Positions 12,265 through 21,769 of a stretch of 64,000 nucleotides of DNA are shown in pieces. The notes under the pieces were generated by a model. That model saw nothing but the letters and a program-made list of their open reading frames with translations. It was not told where the DNA came from and did no database searches. The position numbers and the translations under genes are program-made. Within the stretch, counting starts at the first letter, position 1. Each line of letters opens with the position of its first letter. The stretch is from Prasinococcaceae sp. CCMP 1430 (lineage: Eukaryota; Plantae; Prasinodermophyta), in assembly GCA_013416795.1 (NCBI GenBank), contig RQSC01000008.1:105503-169502 (forward strand). Direction: 5' to 3'.

Positions 12265-13512
12265 ATGGCCGCCGAGGTCGTGCGCGCCGTGGCGCCAGGC
12301 CCCGCGCCCGCCCCCGTTCCGGGCGCCCCCCCCGCCTCCTGCCGTACGGTGAAGCACGTTGGCTCCGACCTCGGCACGCAGACGCTCGAAGCAGTCAACA
12401 ACAGCATCGACCAAGCCAACGCCACCGCCGAGGCCAAGGCGCCTCCTGACGGCGCCACCTGGCAGCCCACGCCGCTCGACCTGCCGCGTGTCGACATGAC
12501 CGGCGTCCGCGGCGTCGCAGACGGGAACGAGCAAGACGCCCAGGCCGTCGCGGCCGCTGCCAAGGTCGTGGGCGAGGCCGCCCGCGGCATCGGCTTCTTC
12601 ATTCTGGTGAACACGGGCATCGACGAGGAGCTGTTTACCGACTCGCTGCGCCTGACGCGCGAGATCCACAGTGACAGCAACGTGCGCTTCCCGGTCGCCT
12701 TCGCGCCGCCCGAGTCCGACATCGGCTTACAGCGCAAGGGCGCGAGCTCGGCGGCGCGTGCAATGAACCGGATCGATACGGGCGAGCCCAAGGTCGATCA
12801 CATCCAGTCGCTGATGGTCGGCCCCGCCGACGAGGAGCGCTGCAAGCGTATGGCGCGCCACTCGATGACCGGTGTGTGGCCGGAAGGCACGGAGGCCGCC
12901 CGCACGTTCCGCGAGAAGTCCATTGAGTTCATGCAAGAGCTCGAGGCGCTCAGTATGGACGCGCGTGCGCTGCTCGCGCTGAGTGCGGGCTTGGACCGCC
13001 GGACCTTCATCACGCCCGTCGAGGAGAACGCTGGTATGTTTAGGTACAACTTCTACCCGCCAATGGACGAGGCGGACGATCCGTGCGCCGGCAAGCCCGG
13101 CTTCGCGCATCTTGGAGGTCACACCGACTTCGGCTCGTGCACCCTTCTGGTCGCCGACCGCCCGGGCCTGCAGATCGTCAAAGATGGCGAGTGGTGTGCG
13201 CCTCCCCTCGTCAAGGGGGGCGTGTACGTCAACTGCGGCGACCTGATGCGCATGTGGTCCAACGATGCCTTTACGTCCGCCGTGCATCGCGTGCGCATGC
13301 CGACCGGGTCACATGACGGTCGCGCAAGCATCGCCTTCTTCTCGTCCGATTACATTAACCGCTCGCCCGAGTACAAAGAGCCACTGATCGTGCCGGTCCC
13401 AGAGCTGCTCGTCGAGGGCGCCACGTCCAAGTACAAGCCTGAGAAGTGGTCAGAGATTTTCCTACGCCGCATAAGGCTCGTTCAAAAGAAGGCCAGCGGT
13501 GCAGCACGATGA
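12265..13512 (+). CDS. 2-oxoglutarate/Fe(II) dioxygenase, copy 2 (inverted paralog)
   Basis: GGHTDFG, SAVHRV, R-A-S; 415 aa, colinear with copy 1 including the HVGSDLGTQTL N-terminal segment. Confidence 0.92.
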   Translation: MAAEVVRAVAPGPAPAPVPGAPPASCRTVKHVGSDLGTQTLEAVNNSIDQANATAEAKAPPDGATWQPTPLDLPRVDMTGVRGVADGNEQDAQAVAAAAKVVGEAARGIGFFILVNTGIDEELFTDSLRLTREIHSDSNVRFPVAFAPPESDIGLQRKGASSAARAMNRIDTGEPKVDHIQSLMVGPADEERCKRMARHSMTGVWPEGTEAARTFREKSIEFMQELEALSMDARALLALSAGLDRRTFITPVEENAGMFRYNFYPPMDEADDPCAGKPGFAHLGGHTDFGSCTLLVADRPGLQIVKDGEWCAPPLVKGGVYVNCGDLMRMWSNDAFTSAVHRVRMPTGSHDGRASIAFFSSDYINRSPEYKEPLIVPVPELLVEGATSKYKPEKWSEIFLRRIRLVQKKASGAAR

Positions 13513-13975
13513 TGCCGGACGGCACCCCATCCCGGCCACGGCCTGCTGTCGACCACCCGACAAGAACGAAGCCTGAAGTGTGTGTCATGACTGTAGTGTA
13601 TGCACAAATGTATGGAAGCAATAAATGGCGAGCGCGCACGTAACGCTCGACACTCTTCCAATATCCTTTCTTCGGTTTTAAATGCGCCCTCCAATAAGAA
13701 CCTTACGGCCGTCTGCGCGAGCGCGCTGCGATGAGATGACGATCGATGCGCCGCGCACAGCACCCAGCGCACGCCGACCTGTACATATACGAATGGTAGT
13801 GTGCTAGCAAGAGAGGGTGATGCCTACGAAGCTCGAGCTGGCCACCACGCACGATCCCGCCCCGGAGCCTCGTTCTCTGCGCGGCCGTCGCCTCTCTTGC
13901 GTGCAGGCCCTGTCGCTGCCTGAGAGCACGCGCCAGAGATCGGGGTGTCCTGACCTTCTGGCGACGGAACGACGC

Positions 13976-15226
13976 CTAGCGCGACACGCACACCGGCGCC
14001 CCAGTCTCAAGCTCGACTTCCGCGTCGGTGGCGTTGGAAAGGAACGGCGGCAGCGCGGTGGTGGGAATGCAGAAGCCGTCCGCCTGATCCTCGAGTTTGA
14101 GAGTCGAGAGTTCCGTCATCGCGGTGAAGGCATTGTCGGGAACGCTGGTCATGTTCATGTCCGCCATATCGAGGAAAGTGAGCTGGGTGAGCTGCGATAC
14201 CTGCGGGGGGAAGGGCATGATGTTGTCGCCGATCTGCAGCTTCTCGAGAGTGCCGAGCACGGGGGTGAAGAATGTGTCGGGGATGGACGTGAGTTGCGCA
14301 TTGTCGATCTCGAGCTGCGTGAGGTTGGGCATGGGCTGCAGGAGGTCGGCCGGCAGCTCCGAGAAGGGGTTGATGTCCAGGCGCAGGTCGTCCATGAGCG
14401 GGATAGTCATGAAAGAGTCGGCGGGCCACGAGGGAATGTTGTTGTTGTTGAGGCTGAGGGTGGTGAGGTTGGGAGTGCCGGCCGTGATCTCCTTGAACCA
14501 TGCCTCGATGTCGTTGTTGCTGAGCAGCAGGTTCGTGAGGCTCGAGAGCCCGCTGAATGCGGAGCCCGTGATGTTCACGATGTTGTTCTCGTTCAAGACC
14601 AGGTGTGTCAGGGTCGCCAGGTTCGAGAACGGTTCGGCGTCCAGCACAGGTCCGATCTCGTTATCACTGAGATCCAGGTCCTGCGTGCATGCGGATCGTT
14701 GCGGTGCCACGGTGCGGGCGCGTGGTGGCAGAGTGGGGCGGGGCGCGGGGGCGGGCAACGGGGGGCGGTGTCGCGGTGTGCGCGGTGTGCGCGATGCGCA
14801 GCACGACCGATGAGATGTCGCACGCCGATATTCAGACAGGGCGGGGGCGCACCGAGTCAGTCAACTGAGTTGACACGCGACATTGCAAGCCGCATTTGGG
14901 CGCGCTTCGAGACGCCTGCAGATACGCGCGCGCGTGTGGCGCGCGCTGGCCGCGCGCACCTCGATCACGGTGAGCCCATCGAAGACGCCCTCCGTGAGCG
15001 TGACGATGCCGAGCTCCGAGAGGTCGAGCTCAGTGCAGACGCACTGCGCCTCGTCCATCGGCTCGACCGTGAGCACGCCGGCGGCGTCGACCATGAACGT
15101 ACATGCGCCGCACGTGACTGCGGAGCTCGCCGGCCCGGGCCCCGGCGCCTCCTGGGCGTGCGCGAGGGAGGCCGCGCCCGCCGCGGCCACAGCGGCCACC
15201 AGGGCGCGCATCGTGGGCGGCGCCAT
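13976..15226 (-). CDS. Secreted leucine-rich-repeat protein
   Basis: Signal-peptide-like MRALVAAVAAAGAASLAHAQ. Exons 15226-14960 and 14680-13976 joined by a phase-0 GT-AG intron. About 9 LRRs of LxxLxLxxNxIxx type (e.g. LTHLVLNENNIVNI, LTQLEIDNAQLTSIP), with Cys-containing caps. Confidence 0.85.
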
Positions 15227-16465
15227 CGCGAGCGCGGGCGAGTGCCTTTGCGGGCTGCGTGTGTGCGCGGGGGGGGGCGATGGGAACGGCGGCAGGCTCG
15301 CGTTCGTCAGCACCGCTTCGCCCGCGACCAAAGCGGCCGCCCGGAATTCAGCGTTAACAGCCCTCGCGCACCCCGCGCGCGCAGACGCGGAATTCACGCT
15401 GCCGGCCGCCGCGCCTCGGCCGCGGCGGGGACGCTCGCGAAGGGGGTCGAGGGGAGGGAGCGGGGATGGGAGGGAATTGCCCACTGACGCACCTTGGACG
15501 GAGGGCCGAGAGCGGCTGGGTGCGCGTCTCGGGCCGGGGGCGGGCTGGGCGTCGGGCGCGCTCGGTGTGGCGCTCCGATCGGCGCGCGCGCGCGCGCGCG
15601 GCGCCGCCGAGGCATTGCCGAGAATTTTCCGGAGGCCGCCGCGCCGAAATGCCGGCGCCGCCGCGCGGCGAGGCAAACCCGTCCGATGGCGCCCGCCCCG
15701 TAAACTTTCCGGAACGCGCGCGCGCGCGCGCGCCCCGCGACATTTCGTTGCCGCGTTTCGCCGCTTCGATAACAATTCCGCGTTGTTTCTCGCGTGCTGG
15801 GATCCGCTCCCCCCATCCACAATCGCACGCGATGCTTGTCAGTTCGGACGTTTTTTTTATGAATGGGATCGTTTGCGGGGTCGTGGGCGCGTTTGCGCGC
15901 GCCGCGCGATCGATCCGCATCCGATCCGGCGCCGAAAAAAACGCGCGCGCGCGCCGCCCCGGCGAACCAGGCGTTCGACCCGCGATCGAGGTCCGCGGAG
16001 GGGGTTGGTCGGGACGGCGAGTGGCAATTCAGACCGGGCGGCGGCGAGTGTCAACCGGGAGTCAAAGCCCATCCTGCGCCGCCGGCGCGAGTTGACATCC
16101 AATTGGCGGCATGATGAGGGCAGCATTCGCGGAACGCCTCATTTCACGACCGTCGTTCTGCGCTTTCCAACGGGAAGTCATGGCAGTGACACTCGGCAAC
16201 GGCATCATTCGCGTGTGTTAAGTGCGTTCAATGTAGTGAATGGCATGGTGTGAATGTCCGAAGCGTCGGCACCGAGAGCCGAGCGCGCGCTCCCACGCCA
16301 GCCGACGAGCGCGACGATACAGGTGGCACGCCGCGTGGAACCCGCGAGGCCGAGACTGTGGCCCGAGAGCGGCAGCGCCGCCTGCCCCGTTTTGCGGCGT
16401 CGCTCGCGAGCTCGCGAGCTCTGCTCGGCAGCCACCCACGTGCTCGCTCGCTCGCGTGTGTGTGC

Positions 16466-16466
<1 letters not shown>

Positions 16467-16518
<52 letters not shown>

Positions 16519-16526
16519 TGACTGTG

Positions 16527-16584
<58 letters not shown>
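16467..16584. repeat. (AC)25 then (TG)28 inverted microsatellite pair
   Basis: AC run 16467-16516, 12-nt spacer, TG run 16529-16584; degenerate TG continues to ~16700. Confidence 0.95.
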
Positions 16585-16596
<12 letters not shown>

Positions 16597-17140
16597 CATG
16601 TGTGTGTGTGCGAGTGTGTGTGTGCGAGTGTGTGTGGGGGGGGGGGGGCGGGCGGGCGTGTGTGTACGTTTGTGTGCGTGTGCGTTTGCGTTTGCATGCG
16701 CGCACGTGCCTGAGCGTGCGTGCGAGCCTGGATGTGTTGCGTGCGCTTTGGCGTAAGGTTTGGGTCGCATGAGCTTCTGAGCGCGAGCCAATTATGAGGG
16801 TGAATGGTAGGGTCGATATGTGGGCGCGTGGTGACCGCCAGCGTCTGCCAGCGCGCGTGCGCAGGATGCCGGGCGTCGCGCGAGGGGGTGGCGGCAGGGG
16901 GGAGAGGGTGCGCGAGAGCGCGCACCGGCCGCGCCGGGTGTCGGTGGACTGCGTGCGGGTGGTGCGGGGCCCGTCGTGCTCGCCCAGGCGCCGCAGTCCC
17001 GCGCGCCAGGGCCGGCGCGTGGAGAGGCAGCCAGCGGCGGCAGCGAGCGTTGCCTCGGCAGCGCAATGAAGTCACATCTTTTTTAAAGTAAGGAGGCGTC
17101 GCCTGCCCCGCACGCGAGCAGCGCCGGCATAGCTAACGCC

Positions 17141-17185
17141 TGCGCTGCGCTGCGCTGCGCTGCGCTGCGCTGCGCTGCGCTGCGC
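17141..17185 (+). repeat. (TGCGC)9 pentanucleotide microsatellite
   Basis: Read directly from the sequence. Confidence 0.9.
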
Positions 17186-17371
17186 GCACGGCAGCCGGCA
17201 GCGCGTGCGAGGCCCGTCGCCTCCTGCCTGAATTGTCACCCATGGTCGGCGCCAGCGCGTAGTCTGTCGCGCGCGCCAACTGAGCTGTCGGTCGGCATCT
17301 GTGGGCCTCTCTCCCGACCGACACGTGCACCGCCTGCCAGGTGCAGGCGGTCTCGCCGCGGCCCGCAGCTC

Positions 17372-19154
17372 TCAGATCATCTCGAAATCGAGACTGCTGG
17401 CATGACTGGAGATGAGCTCCCATGCGGAACCCTCAGAGGAGAGGCTCACGATGGAGGGCTCCCGCGAGTGCCTCTTTGTCGCTCCTGCAGACGTATCCGC
17501 GCTCTCCGTGTCCGTCTCAGTCGTGTCCGCGCCAAAGCCCGCATCGCGACGCGCGGTGAGCAAGTCGACGGACTCGAGATCCGAAGACGCGGCGTCACTG
17601 CGGTCGCCGTCGCTCCCGCACTCGATCTCCCCACCGCCGACGCCGAAGGGGCGTGGCGGCCCGTACGGCTGAAAGATGGTTTCCATAATGAAAGCGTTCC
17701 TCGGCGTCGAGCCACTACCTGCAGCCGCCTGGGAGCTGCCTGCAGCGTCCGCCTCGTCGCCACACTCGCGGGCGCTCGCTGGCGCGGCGCCAGCGCACGC
17801 ATGGGTGTCCTCTCCATGCGCTTCGCCATCATCCTCGCCTTCGGCGTCACCCGACACGAGCCTCGCCGCCGAGAACCCGGCGAGCTGCTCGAGCGCTATG
17901 ACTAGGCTCGCGCCACCCCAGCCATCCTCTTCCTCCTCGTTGCCACGAGCGTCGCTGTCACGATCGGGCAGGTCGTCAACGCTCGCCGCGCCCCCGTCGG
18001 CAGGGTGGTCGGAACCAGCGCCAGCATGGCCGCACGCGCGCATGGCCGCGTCTAGGCTGCGCCGGCTTGTGGGCGGAGTCGGGCGCCGCGGTACGCGCGC
18101 CTCACTGGGACAAGGTCTGACGCTGCGCGCTCGTGCAACCTCGTCGTGGTCCCCCTCCCTCTCGCCCTCGTCGTCGGCGTCGACGTCGTCGGGCTCGCAA
18201 GGCACCGCATCGGCGGCCGCGACGTGGTCGATGCGGCGCTGCTGCACCTGCGGTAGCGCGAGCGCCGGCCCCACGACCGCAGCCGCCGCGGCGGGCACGG
18301 GGTCACTGACGAGCTCGTCTGCAATCTCCCCAAGGAAGGACACGGCGCCGTCGATGCCGTGCGTCGTGGTGCGCACGAGCTCGGAGGCCATGTGCGCGAC
18401 GCTCGCGCCCATGACGGCCGCCCATCCGCCACCGGAGCACGGCGAGGCCGGCGCCGACAGAGACTCCGGCACAGCTCCCGTCGGACGCCTCGGACGCGGG
18501 TGCGAGGCCGGGGCTTCGAGGCTCGCTGCGGTGGGCGCGCGAGCGGGGAGTGGGTGCGCAGCAGCGCGCGTCAGCACGCAGTGCCGTCGCCCCAGCACGT
18601 GCACGCGCACCGCACGCCGACATTCTCCGCGTCCGCACGCACCTGAGCGCAGCGGCGCCTCGGTGGGCATAAGCGCGCGCTTGGCGGCCTCCTCGGCCTT
18701 GGCCGAGGCAGCAGCCTCGGCCTCGACGGCGGCAGCGCTCGCTCGCGCGCTCTCTTCAGCCTCCAGGTCGTCGAATATCGAGCCCAGCGCGTTCACCACG
18801 TCGATGAGCGACTCGAGCGCGCCGCCGCTGCGGTCCTCGCCGCCGCGCGCGCTGCCGCTGGGCGAGCGCGCCGCCTTGCCCTCGGCCCTCTTGAGCCCGT
18901 CCACGCACGTGGTGGCGGCGAGCGCTGCGCACAATCGCCGGGCGGGTGGCCGTGTGAGCGCACGTGCCGGATGTTTCGCACGTGTGCGTGGCACTCGCGC
19001 CCACGTACTGCCTAGGGAGGTCTAGAGGGTGCTCCACAAATGTGGTAGCGGCGGGCGAGCGNGTAAGCGGCTGGTGCGTGTCGCATCGGTTCAACGCCCA
19101 CTCGGACGCCCCCCACCCCGCCGCGGCCGCAGCGCGCGGCGCCGCCACCGCCAC
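17372..19154 (-). CDS. Hypothetical acidic, low-complexity protein with C-terminal AIM/LIR-like motifs (multi-exon)
   Basis: The long ORF is interrupted by intron-like stretches with GTGCGT donors (e.g. ~18642). It ends SLSSEGSAWELISSHASSLDFEMI*. The 5' exon structure is uncertain and includes an n at 19072. Confidence 0.6.
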
Positions 19155-19611
19155 TCTGGCGCCGCGTGGCGCCGCGCGCGCTTTTTTAAAACAGGGTCCT
19201 CAATGTACCTCAAGAAACGCTGAAATGCGGGCGTAAAACGGTTAAGGTTCCACCTAAACCGCAAATGAGCGCGGATAAGCGCGCGCGCGCGCGCAGCGGC
19301 GCAGAGGGGGGGGAAAGCCCCTCATTTAGGGTATGATACGAACCGTAACCTTTCACCTTCAAAGGTAATTGGTTTTGAGGTACACACAAACCCTTTTGGG
19401 CGTTCGAGGACGCTGCCCCTCCCCGCGGGAAAAGACGAGCGCGCCGCTCATTTACGGTATTGACAGAACCCAAACCTTTTCCATCCTTATTAAATGCTGA
19501 AATGAAATACATGTCAACCCTTTACCGCGGTGCTGCGCTGCACCACCCGAGGGTACATGAGCACACTCGCCAACCCGGTACGGGTGCATTTCGAGTAAGG
19601 GTTTTGTAAAA

Positions 19612-19619
19612 TAGGGTTT
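19612..19619 (-). promoter_or_regulatory. Telo-box (AAACCCTA) upstream of PRMT3
   Basis: TAGGGTTT about 120 nt upstream of the PRMT3 ATG, inside an AT-rich island. Telo-boxes are known plant promoter elements of translation and ribosome genes. Confidence 0.45.
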
Positions 19620-19741
19620 AATTCTTGGCCCAGCTGCAGCTGGCAGCCGCCGGCGCGGCCGCGCCAGCCGCCGGCGCGGCCGGATGCCGACAGCCGCGGC
19701 GGCGTCGGCGCCCCCGCAGGCGAGGGCGAGGGCGCGTCGCG

Positions 19742-21580
19742 ATGGCGGCGCCGGTGGGTGAGGCGGCGTGCGGCGACGACTGGGACGAGTGGGGGGGCGA
19801 CGAGGGCTTCGAGAGCGCCTCCGCGGCGCCGCTGCTCGGAGGGAAGCCCGAGCAAAGCGCGGCCGCCGCGCTCGCGGTCGACCGCGCGCGCGGGCTCGAC
19901 CTGCGCGCTGAGCGCGCGCGGCTCGCGCTCGACGTGTACGGAACGGTGCGGCTGGTGAACTTCGTGCGGGCATGCGTGAGGGACGACCCGGACGGCGGCG
20001 CCGCGCGCGCGCTGGCGGCCGTGAGCGGAGCGGCGCCGGGTGGAACGTTCCCATGGGCGGGGGACGAGTACCTGGCGCCGGTGCTCGAGGACGACGCGCT
20101 GCTCTTCGATCTGTACGGCGAGGACAGCGACGAGGAGGCTGAGGGCGAGGGGGCCGCGCTCCCCGATGAGAGCGTGCCCGCCGCGCTGCCGCCACAGCTC
20201 GACAGCGCAGCCTTCGAGGCGCGCCGCCGTGAGGAGCTGCTCGCCACAGCGCGCGCCGCGCCCGCGGAGCTCGCGCAGCTGGCCGCCGCACAGCTCACCA
20301 TCGGCGGCGGCGCCTCCGGCTCAGCTGGCCCGGGCGCCGCGCCCGCGCTGCTCGCCGCTGGTGGGGGTGATGCGGACGACTCCGACTCCGACGATGGGGC
20401 CAAGGGCGAAGGGAAGGGCAAGGGGGGCGGCGCGCGTCGCCGCGATGCGGCCAAGCGCGCGGGCGCGCGCGAGAACGACGACGAGGCCGAGCGCGATAGC
20501 TCGTACTTCGACTCGTACTCTCACTTCGGCATCCATCGCACGATGCTGGGCGACTACGTGCGCACGCGCGCATACGAGGAAGCGCTCACGCGCAACCCGT
20601 CGCTGATGCGAGGCGCCAAGGTGCTCGACGTGGGGTGCGGCACGGGTGTGCTCAGCTGCTTCGCCGCGCGCGGCGGCGCCGCGCGCGTCGTGGGCGTGGA
20701 CGGCTCGGCGTTCATCGCAGAGCGCGCCGAAGGCGTCATCGCCGAGAACGGTCTCGCGGAGACCGTGGGCGTCGTGCGCGGACGCATCGAGGAACTGTCC
20801 GACGCCGCCGTGCTCGGCGTTGCAGACGGCGCCGAGGTGCGGGAGGAGGATAAGTTCGACGTGATAGTGTCCGAGTGGATGGGCTACGGCCTGCTATTCG
20901 AATGCATGCTCGACAGTGTGATCGTGGCGCGCGACCGATGGCTGAAGCGCGGCGGCGCGGTGCTGCCTGACGTGGCGCGCATCCTGGTGGCCGGCGGAAG
21001 CGCGCTCGCTGCCGACCTGCCATTCTGGGATGAGGTCCACGGCCTGTCGATGGGCACCATCCGGCAAGAGCTGCGCAAGGCGGCGCTCAAGGAGGCGCTC
21101 GTGCGGCCGGTGGACGCCCAGGCCATCGTCACCGCGCCGCAGCTGGTGCGCTCGCTTGACCTCTCCACCATGTCGGTAGCGGACACCACCTTCACCTCGG
21201 ACTTTCGGCTGAGCGCGTCGATGGGTGGCGGCGTGGCACCCGACGGCGCGGCTGCTGTGTCGGCCGTCGTGCTGTGGTTCGACACCGACTTTTCGGCGCG
21301 CTTCTGCGCCGACAAGAGCCTAGTCCTGTCGACCTCTCCGCTTGGCCCGCAGACGCACTGGGTGCAAACCGTGCTGGTGCTCGACGAGGACGTGCACCTC
21401 GCCGTGCCCGGGCGCGAGGTCGAGGCGCAGGGGGCCGCGCACCACCTCTGCGGCAAAATCTCCTTCAGCCCGGGGAAGGGCTCGCGCTGCAGGTCAATGG
21501 ACATCGTGCTCGAGTGGTGGACCGAGGGCGGCGCTAGCGGCACGGGCTCGGAGCACAAGATCAGGATGTACCCGCTCTAA
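19742..21580 (+). CDS. PRMT3: Protein arginine N-methyltransferase 3
   Basis: SYFDSYSHFGIHRTML, VLDVGCGTGVL (motif I), DVIVSEWMGYGLLFE (double-E loop), QTHW loop; N-terminal PRMT3 region YGTVRLVNFVR...EYLAPVLEDDALL. Confidence 0.93.
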   Translation: MAAPVGEAACGDDWDEWGGDEGFESASAAPLLGGKPEQSAAAALAVDRARGLDLRAERARLALDVYGTVRLVNFVRACVRDDPDGGAARALAAVSGAAPGGTFPWAGDEYLAPVLEDDALLFDLYGEDSDEEAEGEGAALPDESVPAALPPQLDSAAFEARRREELLATARAAPAELAQLAAAQLTIGGGASGSAGPGAAPALLAAGGGDADDSDSDDGAKGEGKGKGGGARRRDAAKRAGARENDDEAERDSSYFDSYSHFGIHRTMLGDYVRTRAYEEALTRNPSLMRGAKVLDVGCGTGVLSCFAARGGAARVVGVDGSAFIAERAEGVIAENGLAETVGVVRGRIEELSDAAVLGVADGAEVREEDKFDVIVSEWMGYGLLFECMLDSVIVARDRWLKRGGAVLPDVARILVAGGSALAADLPFWDEVHGLSMGTIRQELRKAALKEALVRPVDAQAIVTAPQLVRSLDLSTMSVADTTFTSDFRLSASMGGGVAPDGAAAVSAVVLWFDTDFSARFCADKSLVLSTSPLGPQTHWVQTVLVLDEDVHLAVPGREVEAQGAAHHLCGKISFSPGKGSRCRSMDIVLEWWTEGGASGTGSEHKIRMYPL

Positions 21581-21769
21581 GATGTCACCGAAAAAATAAC
21601 AATAGCTCAGGGCACTTGGCCACTGAAAGACGCGCGCGCAGCAGCGCGCATGCATGTTTCGTCGCCGCCGCCGAGCGAGGAGAGCGCTCCCAGTCGCTTG
21701 CCTTGACGATCGTAGAGAGTATTGGATGAATGGATATGGTAGGTGCGCAGGTAGTCGCCGCATGAGGTG

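Noticed and set aside
2798-13512. ACCase plus two dioxygenases as a biosynthetic gene cluster
   Set aside because: No PKS, NRPS or other scaffold enzyme lies nearby; adjacency alone is insufficient.
16205-16791. His/Thr- and Cys/Val-repeat ORFs
   Set aside because: These are translations of the (AC)n/(TG)n microsatellites.
16700-17100. Possible short gene between the microsatellites
   Set aside because: No recognisable motif or convincing exon structure.
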